From Gemmatimonadota bacterium (GTDB lineage Bacteria > Gemmatimonadota > Gemmatimonadetes > Gemmatimonadales > GWC2-71-9), in contig JAZDCZ010000011.1 of the NCBI GenBank assembly GCA_036679605.1, forward strand, positions 1-64,000: a stretch of DNA of 64,000 bases. The letters run 5' to 3'. The position numbers and the translations under genes are program-made. Under the pieces are notes generated by a model, which had not been told where the DNA came from, made no database searches, and worked only from the letters and a program-made list of their open reading frames with translations. The stretch's first letter is position 1. Each line of letters begins with the position of its first letter. Positions 1 to 8,533 of the stretch are shown in pieces.

Positions 1-115
1 AATCGCATTGCCCAACAACTCAACCGCCGGCCACGCAAACGCCTCGGCTACCGTACCCCGGAGGAATGCTATGAACCGTAATCCTCATTGTTGCACTTCA
101 AACTTGATATCAAGC
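1..115 (+). mobile_element. IS30-family element, right end: transposase C-terminus (1-81) and terminal inverted repeat (~89-115)
   Basis: Frame 1 reads NRIAQQLNRRPRKRLGYRTPEECYEP*, the IS30 C-terminal LNxRPRKxLGyxTP motif. It is followed by TGTTGCACTTCAAACTTGATATCAAGC, an IS30-type end. Confidence 0.85.
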
Positions 116-1121
116 TCTCATGGCCGCAGGTTCGTGGGGGTGTGGAACCGGACCGAAGGCCAACCGCGCCTTCCCGCCCCACATGTCGGTCCGCAACAAA
201 GCCGAACTCGGCTGGGCAACGATCGTCGAGGTAGATCCGCAAGGCGACGCTCAATTCACGTTCTCTCCGGTGCAGTCGGGATGGTTCGCACTCCGTTTGC
301 CTCTGGGGTCGGGGAGTGCAGAGTCATTTCTGGTCGAATATCGACCGCGAGTCGGGTTCGATACAAACCTGCCGGCTGGGGGCGTCCTCATCTACCACGA
401 AGACATGTTCGTGGGTCCCCGCATAATTCCCGACACCCTACCACCTGCGTATTCATTCCACCTGGTCGAGGCGGACGCCGACAACGCGCTCCGGAAAGTC
501 GAAGCTGAGGGGGGCAATCGGGGAGTCCCTGGAGATGTTTTCTCGGCCGATGGCTCCGAAGTGATCCTCACGAGTTTCACAGCGCCCTCCACCCGCGATC
601 ATATGGGACAGGCCACGCAACTTGTGCAGCTAGCCGTACAAGTCACGGGGAGTGGTGCGAGGGTGACCGCTTCTTATATCCCGGCATTCGCAGTAGAGCC
701 TCAGACTCCGGCGGAAGGTACCGTGCTGAGCAACTTCAATGCGACTTACCAGATTATGGGAGGAACTGGGCCGGTCGAGGTCCGGGCAGAGGATCCTGAC
801 GACCTTCCCGCCGGACTCGCTGTAACGGTCCTAGAGACGGTCCTTAATGTTGCAGGTACGCCGCGACAGGCGGGGCAGTTCTTTGTCACAGTGATTCTCA
901 CAGATTTCGCGGATCGACGGCTAGAGTTTCTCCTCGAACTCAGCATTTTAGATCTGCAGCTCGACCCCCTCTTACTCCTCGAGGGCCTACTTGACGCTGG
1001 CTCCGACGCACTCTCCGCCGATGTGCAAGAGTATCTCGATCTGTCGGGCAACAAAGACGGCGTGTTTGACCTTGGGGATATGAGGAGCGCGCTGCTGCGC
1101 CGCGGACTAATCTCACGCTAG
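116..1121 (+). pseudogene. M6 (immune inhibitor A-like) metalloprotease, 3' part, interrupted by IS30
   Basis: Begins abruptly at LMAAGSWG...PPHMS...K..LGW, then ESFLVEYR...GVLIYH and LVEAD, an Ig-like segment and a C-terminal DLSGNKDGVFDLGD. No signal peptide or HExxH; in-frame stop upstream lies within the IS end. Confidence 0.75.
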
Positions 1122-1229
1122 GTGCCGCCTGCTCCAGGCATACCCCTTGTGTTACAAACGACGGGACCGGACAGCGGCGGTTGTCGGCAGGGCCTTCGCT
1201 GAACCGATTTTCCAGACCCGGAGGCGATA

Positions 1230-1685
1230 ATGAAAGCTTGTCCGTTGTTGTTGGTATCGATCGCGTTGCTGAACCTGGCCTCGGCCGGCGCCGCTCAGTC
1301 GCCCGAAACCATTAAAGCAATCAAGAAAGCCGCTTTGGACTACGGTGAGGGGTGGTACGAAGGAGATGCCGAGCGGATGGCGCGTGCACTCCATCCAGAA
1401 CTCGCCAAACGCATGGTGTTTACGGACCCCACGACGAGTAAGAGCCGGTTGAGTCAGCAGGGGGCGATGACGTTGGTGGAGAACACCCGAGCCGGTGGCG
1501 GTAAGAACGCACTTGTAGAGGACGTCAGCAGTGAAGTAACGATCTTTGAGGTGTACCAGAACGTTGCGGTCGTCAGGGTCGATGGGCCCCAGTGGATCGA
1601 CTTCTTACAAATGGCGAAATGGAATGGTCGCTGGGTCATAGTGAACGTGCTTTGGGAACTGAAACCGCAGAGGAATCGGCAGTGA
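1230..1685 (+). CDS. Secreted NTF2-like / putative lumazine-binding family protein
   Basis: Signal peptide, GGAGG RBS, motifs DYGEGWYEGDAERMARALHPELAKR and WIDFLQMAKWNGRWVIVNVLW. Confidence 0.85.
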   Translation: MKACPLLLVSIALLNLASAGAAQSPETIKAIKKAALDYGEGWYEGDAERMARALHPELAKRMVFTDPTTSKSRLSQQGAMTLVENTRAGGGKNALVEDVSSEVTIFEVYQNVAVVRVDGPQWIDFLQMAKWNGRWVIVNVLWELKPQRNRQ

Positions 1686-1689
1686 TGCG

Positions 1690-1949
1690 CCCAGCGTGCA
1701 TATCGCCCCTCGTTGCTTGAGCCGGTCCAGTAGGTCGCGACGGGCTTGCTGGTTTGTTTGAGCGTGAACGTGCTTGACCAGGGTCTCCTGGCATGGGTGA
1801 TCCGACCGGCGGGCAACAGCGGTGGGGCCGGAAGAATGCTGGAACGTGACTTGGTTGCTGAAATACGGGTCATTTGGGATTGTTGTCTGTGCAGTCATGA
1901 AGAGCGATCCGGATATGACGCACAGCAAACCGACTATTGTTTTCTGCAT
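1690..1949 (-). pseudogene. Truncated secreted protein N-terminus, possibly S8 peptidase-like
   Basis: GGAGG RBS, signal peptide, then PNDPYFSNQ. The ORF then runs into the convergent gene; the 3' boundary is approximate. Confidence 0.3.
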
Positions 1950-2036
1950 CCTAGGCCTCCACGGAGATCGTAGGTATCTGCAGATGAGACGCGCAGTGCG
2001 CGACCGGCGTTTACCGGTACCGGCGGTGAGAACCCC

Positions 2037-4715
2037 CTACTCCGACCGCAAGATCTCGATCGGATCGGCCTCGGCGGCCTTTCGCGCAGGTAGATAGCAT
2101 GCCGCCATCGCGACCGTGCCGAGTAAGAGGGAGACGACAACGAAGGTCGTGGGATCGGTAGTGGTGATGCCAAAGACGAAACTTCCGAGCGTGCGCGACA
2201 AAGCGAACGCACCACCGATACCAAGGGCAATACCGGCTGCGGTCAGGCTCAACCCGCTCCACACGATCATTGCGACAACCTTGGCCCGATTGGCGCCAAG
2301 CGCCATTCGAATGCCGAGTTCCTTGTGGCGCCGGCCGACAGAGTACAGCATCGAACCATAGATGCCGCCGGCAGCCAACAGAATGGCGATTGATGCAAAC
2401 GACGTGAGGAGAAGCCAATAAAACCGCGGTTGGGCGATTGACCGTGCAATACTTTGCTCAAGAGTTGTTATCTCGCGAATAGGGAGGTCTCCGTCGATTG
2501 CCCACACCGCTTGCCGCAGCATGTCGGCTAGCACCGTCGGTTCAAGCCGTGACCTGACGGCTAGCTGAACCATATCAAATTGCCCACCGAAGTTTGCATG
2601 CGGAACATACAGATTACCCTCGCCGGCCTGTTGGAGCGTCCAGTGACGTATGTCGTCGACGATCCCCACTACCGTCCACGTCAAGTCGGCGAACTGCACG
2701 CTCCTTCCCAGTGGGTCGTCGTCACCGAACAGCTCATGTGCCAATGCCTCGTTGATGATGGTTGACGTCACCGCGGGGTCATCATCTGACCTCGTAAATT
2801 CGCGACCGCGGAGAACGTTGACACCCAAGGCAGCGAAGTACCCGGTAGTGATGGGATGAATAATCGCGATCGGCGAATTTTCGGCCTCGGGATCGCTGTA
2901 GATCAGATCACTCGAACAACACACCCCGCCGCGGTGCACGAACGGTACGGTGCTTCCGGCCCCAACTCGATCCACGCCGGGAATTGCCCCGATCCGTTCT
3001 ACCAGGTCGCGCACGAGACGCAGCCTTTCCTCCGCCGAGAACCGTGGCCCCAAGGAGAGCGATACGGCAGTGACGCCTTCGGCTCGGAAGCCGGGGTCCA
3101 CTGTTCGCAAATGTACAAAACTATTGAACAGGAGACCCGCCCCCACCAATAACATTAGTGCCGTCGCGATTTGGACGATAACGAATGCGCTCCGGAGCTT
3201 GAGTCGTCGGCCCGTTGCGGTGGTAGCTTGCACCGAATCCTTGAGCGCGTCGTTCAGCTGCGAGCGCACTGCGCGGATGGCGGGTACCATTCCAAACAAT
3301 ACACCGGTCGCGGCTGAGACGAGCCCTGTAAACGCCAGCGCACGGAGATCGACCGCGATGTTGGCAGCGCGCGGGATACCTCCAGGGTTGTACAGCCCGA
3401 ATGCATGGACACCTGCAAACGCAACTCCGACACCCATAGCACCACCGATCAGAGAGAGCAATACACTCTCTGTCAGTAATTGCGCCATGATGCGACCACG
3501 CCCAGCTCCTAGGGCGGACCGTAGCGCGATCTCCCGCTGTCGGTCCGTGCCACGTGCGAGGAACAGGTTCGCCACGTTAGCACATGCAATCAGCAGCATA
3601 AGTCCCACAGCGCCAAACAACATGTAGAGTGTGCTATCGATCCGTCCGACGGTTGCTTCGAGCAGTGTTCGCAGTGGATACCTAAGTATCGTACCGTCCC
3701 GGCGTATATGCCGCTCTGGGTACTCTTTGGCGAGACTGCCGGCCAGGACGTCCACATCCGCCTGCGCCGCGCGCCGCGACATGTCTGGCTTCAGCCGGGC
3801 AACCACACGGAGCACGTACGTGCCACGGCTGCGAACTCGCTCCCATTGGAGATCGAGCGGGAGCCAAACGTCTACCTGCCGTCCGACGAGCCCCTCCGGT
3901 GTCTCGAATCGGCGGTCAAGCACACCGACCACTTCCGCGGGATTGCCGTTCAATGTGATCGTGCGCCCGATGACGGACGGATCGCCGCCGTAGCGACGCA
4001 ACCAGAAGTCGTAGCTCAAGACGGCTGCGCGGGATGGGGTCGCATCAAAATCATCGCCAGCTAGCAGCAGCCGGCCTCGATGTGGTCTCGCTCCCAGGAT
4101 CGAGAAGAAATCCGCCGTGACCCGCGCGCCGAGCACGCTCTCCGGTGTCCCGTCGTTGGTAAGATCGTATCGGCCCGGCCACGCGCCCGCGATCATGGAG
4201 AAAGAATTCGTGCGGTCGCGCCAATCCTCGAACAGAGGGACAGAATGGCTCCGGTTGCCAAGGAAGACCAGCTCATGCGGTGCCGGATAGGGCAACTTCC
4301 GCAACAACACCGCGTCGACTACGCTGAAGATGGTCGTAGTACCTCCCACGCCCAGCGCTACTATGACGATCACCGTCAGGGTAAAACCGGGGTTCTTTGC
4401 GAACATCCGTACCGCATAGCGAATGTCCCGAGCCACAGTCCCTATGAAACTGCTCCTCTCTTCCCACTCATCTGCGAGCCGCCGTGGTGCTCGCGGAGTT
4501 CGGCCTAGTTTCGCCAGCAAGTAGCGCGCGCCAATCGCAAACACCTGCTTCCAATACCAACGCCGAGCCAAACGGGCTGAGACATGTGCACTGAATTCGT
4601 GGTAGTCCTGGCGGAGATCACCTACAATTGAGAGGCCGACATCACCTTTGGGTAGGCAACGAGACAACACACGCTCAGCAGCGCGCGGTGGCAGAACTTG
4701 CCCGGTACCACTCAT
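2037..4715 (-). CDS. ADOP-type duplicated orphan ABC permease (MacB_PCD/FtsX x2), copy 1
   Basis: Motifs DIRYAVRMFAKNPGF, LLIACANVANL, REIALRSALGA, GIRMALGA. Start MSGTGQ overlaps the PadR stop (ATGA). Confidence 0.92.
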   Translation of the reverse strand: MSGTGQVLPPRAAERVLSRCLPKGDVGLSIVGDLRQDYHEFSAHVSARLARRWYWKQVFAIGARYLLAKLGRTPRAPRRLADEWEERSSFIGTVARDIRYAVRMFAKNPGFTLTVIVIVALGVGGTTTIFSVVDAVLLRKLPYPAPHELVFLGNRSHSVPLFEDWRDRTNSFSMIAGAWPGRYDLTNDGTPESVLGARVTADFFSILGARPHRGRLLLAGDDFDATPSRAAVLSYDFWLRRYGGDPSVIGRTITLNGNPAEVVGVLDRRFETPEGLVGRQVDVWLPLDLQWERVRSRGTYVLRVVARLKPDMSRRAAQADVDVLAGSLAKEYPERHIRRDGTILRYPLRTLLEATVGRIDSTLYMLFGAVGLMLLIACANVANLFLARGTDRQREIALRSALGAGRGRIMAQLLTESVLLSLIGGAMGVGVAFAGVHAFGLYNPGGIPRAANIAVDLRALAFTGLVSAATGVLFGMVPAIRAVRSQLNDALKDSVQATTATGRRLKLRSAFVIVQIATALMLLVGAGLLFNSFVHLRTVDPGFRAEGVTAVSLSLGPRFSAEERLRLVRDLVERIGAIPGVDRVGAGSTVPFVHRGGVCCSSDLIYSDPEAENSPIAIIHPITTGYFAALGVNVLRGREFTRSDDDPAVTSTIINEALAHELFGDDDPLGRSVQFADLTWTVVGIVDDIRHWTLQQAGEGNLYVPHANFGGQFDMVQLAVRSRLEPTVLADMLRQAVWAIDGDLPIREITTLEQSIARSIAQPRFYWLLLTSFASIAILLAAGGIYGSMLYSVGRRHKELGIRMALGANRAKVVAMIVWSGLSLTAAGIALGIGGAFALSRTLGSFVFGITTTDPTTFVVVSLLLGTVAMAACYLPARKAAEADPIEILRSE

Positions 4716-5047
4716 GGCCTGTGCAATGTCGTACCGAGACCATCCCAAAGGCGCATGAGCGCCGAGCGGGAAGCCCGTAACGCGTCCAATCCAGTTTCCG
4801 TCACTTGAAACCGACGCATCGGATGTCCGCCGCGGGACGGAACAGGACTTCCGTCCTCGAGATCCCACTCGACGTAGCCCTTCGACTCCAGTCTATCGAA
4901 CGTGCGGTACAACGCACCGCGCGACACGACTCGACCAGCTTGCAGCTCGAGTTCCTTGCGCACGCCCACTGCGTACGCCTGTTCACCCAATTGCAAAATG
5001 GCCAACAGCACCATTTGCTCGAATTCACCTATAAAGGAATGCCCCAT
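4712..5047 (-). CDS. PadR-family regulator 1 (GEFEQ subtype)
   Basis: IGEFEQMVLLAIL...GALYRTFDRLESKGYV...RGGHPMRRF. Confidence 0.92.
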   Translation of the reverse strand: MGHSFIGEFEQMVLLAILQLGEQAYAVGVRKELELQAGRVVSRGALYRTFDRLESKGYVEWDLEDGSPVPSRGGHPMRRFQVTETGLDALRASRSALMRLWDGLGTTLHRP

Positions 5048-5064
5048 GGGTCACCGAGGTCGCT

Positions 5065-5095
5065 AAAGTAGACTTAGAGAGTCTAAAAAGTAGAC
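5065..5095. promoter_or_regulatory. Candidate operator of PadR1
   Basis: Inverted repeat TAGACT-N5-AGTCTA (5069-5085) plus direct repeat AAAGTAGAC, about 20 bp upstream of the start. Confidence 0.55.
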
Positions 5096-5255
5096 CTCGG
5101 TGTGTCAAGTCAACTCTTTCTCTCGACTCCGCTCTCCATCAGGACCTGACGGCAAGGCGCCGACCGGAGGAGCCAAGTGTTTTGGCGGACTCTGCATTTT
5201 AAAGGGCACTCTTGACAGCAGATTTCGATCCGTCGCGCAGGTGGTCAGACTTTGC

Positions 5256-7982
5256 CTACTCGGCGCGCAGCACCTCGGCCGGATCTGTCCGGCTCGCCCG
5301 TACCGCCGGGATGGCGGCGGCGGCCAGCGCGATTGTGGTCATGAGAGCCGCAACCGAAACGTAGATCGCCGGATTTCTCGGATGTACGCCGAAGAGCACC
5401 GCTTCCATCACGTGTCCACCGAGAAAGGCGCCGAGCAAGCCGACGGCGAGACCGAGCGCCGCGGGTTGCAGTCCTTGGTGCACCACGAGCCGAGTGATCG
5501 CTTCCGGTCGAGCACCAAGGGCGATCCTGATCCCGATCTCCCGCGTCCGTTGTGTGACGATGTAGTTCACCACTCCGTATAATCCAACTGCCGCCAACAG
5601 CACAGCCGTCGCGGCGAACCCGGCGACCAACAGCAGAAACAGTCTCGTGGGAGCGATCTCGCGGCTAATCACCTGTTCGATCACTTCGATCTGATAGATG
5701 GGTACGTTGGGATCGAGGGTTCGCACCGCCCGGCGGATCTCTGGGAGCACCGGCGGGGCATCGGGATGCGTCCGGACGTGGACGGTCATCGACCGGGGGC
5801 CATACTGCGCGTGCGGCATGTACACATCCGCACGCGGTTCGCTCGTGATCGCCTCGAATCGAACGTTGCCCACGACTCCCACGACTCGCCAGTACGGGCT
5901 CCCGAATCCCAGGTTGACGCCGACCCGTATGCGCCGGCCGATCGGATCAGCCGCAGGGAAGTGCTGACGAACGAATTCCTGGTTGACAAGGGCTACGGGC
6001 TCGGCATCACTGCGGTTGTCTGCGACGGACAACGGACGACCTTCGACGATTGGGATGCGCAATGCGGTCAGGAGACCCGGCGTGATCGATCTCACCCAGG
6101 CGGTCTTCTCCTCTTCGGGTGGCGGCTGCGGTCTGCCTTCGACCAAAGCCTCGCCGCTGGCACGTGCACGTCCTAGGGGTGGACCGAACATGGTCCCGAC
6201 ACCCTCGACCCCGGGCAGTGCGGCGATGGCATTCTCCAGAGATCCGTAAAAACTGCTTGCCTGCTTGATGTCCGGATAGTCGTTGGCCGGAAGCACGACA
6301 TTGAACCGGATCACCTCGCGCGTCTCGAATCCGACATCGACGGCATGAAGTTGTGCAAACGTCCGAAGGAGCAAGCCGGCGCCGATCAACAACGCAGCCG
6401 AGAGTGCGACCTCCCCTGCAAGGAGCGCCCGCCGAATATGTACCGACCCCTGACTACCGGCTTTCCCACGTCCGGCCTCCAAGAGGCCCTCCACTACGGA
6501 AGTCCGCGACGCGGTGAAGGCGGGTATCAGTCCAAAGACGAGGGTGACGAGTACGACGGTGCCGGCCGTGACCGCCATGACGATCCCGTCGATTTCGATC
6601 AGATCTGTCCGCGGGATCGTACCCGTGGCCGCTCGACGCAGTACCTCGACGCCGCCCACAGCCAGTCCCAGGCCGGCAACACCACCGACCAATGCCAGCA
6701 CGCCGCTCTCCACAAGGACCTGACCGGCAAGGCGCCGGCCGGAGGCGCCCAGCGCCGCGCGGACCGCGAACTCGCCCTCACGAGCAGATGCGCGCGCCAA
6801 CAGGAGGTTGACGACATTCGAGCAGGCGATGAGCAACACCAGGCCGACGGCGGCAAGCATGATCCACAGACCCTGCTCCACGTCGCCCACGACGGTGTCC
6901 TTGAGCCGGCGCACCAGGAAGCGTTTCCCCGTGTTCGTGGCCGGAAATGACGCCGTCAGGTTTGCCGCTAGCGCATCCACCTCGACAACGGCACTCTCAA
7001 GCGATGTGCCCGGTGCAAGGCGCCCCACCACGAACATCGTGTGGCACCCGCGGCCACACCTTGCTGGATCCAGCCGCCGAGGAACCCAGAAATGGGTTCC
7101 GTTGGGATAATCGAACTCCTGCGGTGCCACCCCGACGATCTCGTAAGGGAACCCGTTCAGCGTGACGGTAGTGCCCAGCACGTCGGGTGCGGCGCCGAAT
7201 CGCTGGTTCCAAGACTCGTGGCTGATGACAACCACGGCCGGTCCAGTCGGTCCGAACTCCTCCGCCCGGATGTCGCGTCCCAAGTGCGGCGCAACGTGGA
7301 AAGTTCTTAGCAGGCCCTCCGTCACTCGGGTAACCGACATGACGGCGGGATCGCCGAGTCCCGTGAGTGTTTGACTTATGGTGTTGATCCCGACGAGGCT
7401 CTCGAACGAGCCGACACGTTCGCGGAGGTCCGACAGGTCCGGATAGGACATACTCCCGGGTCGTTCACCCGGAGCGTTGCGTGCCACATTGACCGCGACG
7501 AGTTCGCTCGGGTCGTTGTAAGGCAGAGGCTGGAGCAGCACCCCGTTGATGACGGAGAAGATCGCGGTATTGCCGCCGATGCCGAGTGCCAATGTCGTGG
7601 CTGCGATGCCGGAGAAACCCGGACGGCGTCGTATTGAGCGCAGCGCGAATCGCAGATCGAGCACCATGGCGTCGAGAACTCGGTTCATAATGAAGTCTCG
7701 TGTGGTGATCCCTGTCGGTGGGTGTCCGGGACGGGGAAGTGTAGGGGAGCGGCGTTCGGCGATTCCCGCAGCGATGCCGTCCAACACGAATCGGACGAGG
7801 AAGCGGAAGAGCACGGCTCGACCGCACTGACGCTTGTCCGCATAGCGATCCCAAAACGTCTCCGCGATGCGTTCACAAAATACGACTTTGTACGGAGCCG
7901 GATGTGCGAGAAGCACCAACGACAAGAGAAACCGGGCCACCGGCCCTGGGGTCGGAGAGCGGGACTCGGTCGGCCGGCTCAT
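5256..7982 (-). CDS. ADOP-type permease, copy 2
   Basis: DLRFALRSIRRRPGF, LLIACSNVVNLLL, REIGIRIALGA; coupled to the PadR stop. Confidence 0.92.
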   Translation of the reverse strand: MSRPTESRSPTPGPVARFLLSLVLLAHPAPYKVVFCERIAETFWDRYADKRQCGRAVLFRFLVRFVLDGIAAGIAERRSPTLPRPGHPPTGITTRDFIMNRVLDAMVLDLRFALRSIRRRPGFSGIAATTLALGIGGNTAIFSVINGVLLQPLPYNDPSELVAVNVARNAPGERPGSMSYPDLSDLRERVGSFESLVGINTISQTLTGLGDPAVMSVTRVTEGLLRTFHVAPHLGRDIRAEEFGPTGPAVVVISHESWNQRFGAAPDVLGTTVTLNGFPYEIVGVAPQEFDYPNGTHFWVPRRLDPARCGRGCHTMFVVGRLAPGTSLESAVVEVDALAANLTASFPATNTGKRFLVRRLKDTVVGDVEQGLWIMLAAVGLVLLIACSNVVNLLLARASAREGEFAVRAALGASGRRLAGQVLVESGVLALVGGVAGLGLAVGGVEVLRRAATGTIPRTDLIEIDGIVMAVTAGTVVLVTLVFGLIPAFTASRTSVVEGLLEAGRGKAGSQGSVHIRRALLAGEVALSAALLIGAGLLLRTFAQLHAVDVGFETREVIRFNVVLPANDYPDIKQASSFYGSLENAIAALPGVEGVGTMFGPPLGRARASGEALVEGRPQPPPEEEKTAWVRSITPGLLTALRIPIVEGRPLSVADNRSDAEPVALVNQEFVRQHFPAADPIGRRIRVGVNLGFGSPYWRVVGVVGNVRFEAITSEPRADVYMPHAQYGPRSMTVHVRTHPDAPPVLPEIRRAVRTLDPNVPIYQIEVIEQVISREIAPTRLFLLLVAGFAATAVLLAAVGLYGVVNYIVTQRTREIGIRIALGARPEAITRLVVHQGLQPAALGLAVGLLGAFLGGHVMEAVLFGVHPRNPAIYVSVAALMTTIALAAAAIPAVRASRTDPAEVLRAE

Positions 7983-8341
7983 CCGGAACTCGGCAGGACG
8001 TTTCGATGACGTGCCAACTTCACCAAGCTGCGCAAGCGCGCTGACTCTGACAGGAGAACCTTGCGCCCTCGAGGCGTGAGCCGGTAATAGCGTCGTGGTT
8101 GCCCGCGGGTAACGACTGGTTCGTCCTTCGGCCCTTTGGTTTCTGCTACAAACCCCCGCGTCATGAGCCGGGCCAGCAGGCGATAGAGCGAACCGATCTC
8201 TGGACAGATCACCCCTCCTGATTCCTTTTCCAACGCCCTCATGATCGCGTAGCCGTACAAATTTCCTTCTGCGAGGACGAGCAGCACCTGGTAGTCGGTC
8301 GGACTCAGCGGTCGGTTGGCGGCATCATGGGTTGCAGACAC
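7979..8341 (-). CDS. PadR-family regulator 2 (PLxP subtype)
   Basis: PLSPTDYQVLLVL...YGYAIM...GSLYRLLARL...RRYYRLT; GTG start after GGAGG. Confidence 0.9.
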   Translation of the reverse strand: MSATHDAANRPLSPTDYQVLLVLAEGNLYGYAIMRALEKESGGVICPEIGSLYRLLARLMTRGFVAETKGPKDEPVVTRGQPRRYYRLTPRGRKVLLSESARLRSLVKLARHRNVLPSSG

Positions 8342-8354
8342 GTCCCCTCCAATC

Positions 8355-8390
8355 TTACATGTACGGAGTATATATGTACAAAACATGTAA
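8355..8390. promoter_or_regulatory. Candidate operator of PadR2
   Basis: TTACATGT...ACATGTAA inverted repeat enclosing tandem ATGTAC units in an AT-rich patch just upstream of the RBS. Confidence 0.55.
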
Positions 8391-8533
8391 TGGTCTACAC
8401 GTTTTGGCAACCCTGACTTTTGCACTATTGCAAGTTTGGTAGACAACGCTTGGGGACTGTCCCCACTCCCAAGCGACCGCGGAGCTGTTCTACGACCGAT
8501 TGTTCGAATTGGCTCCGTGTACGAAGGCTCTGT

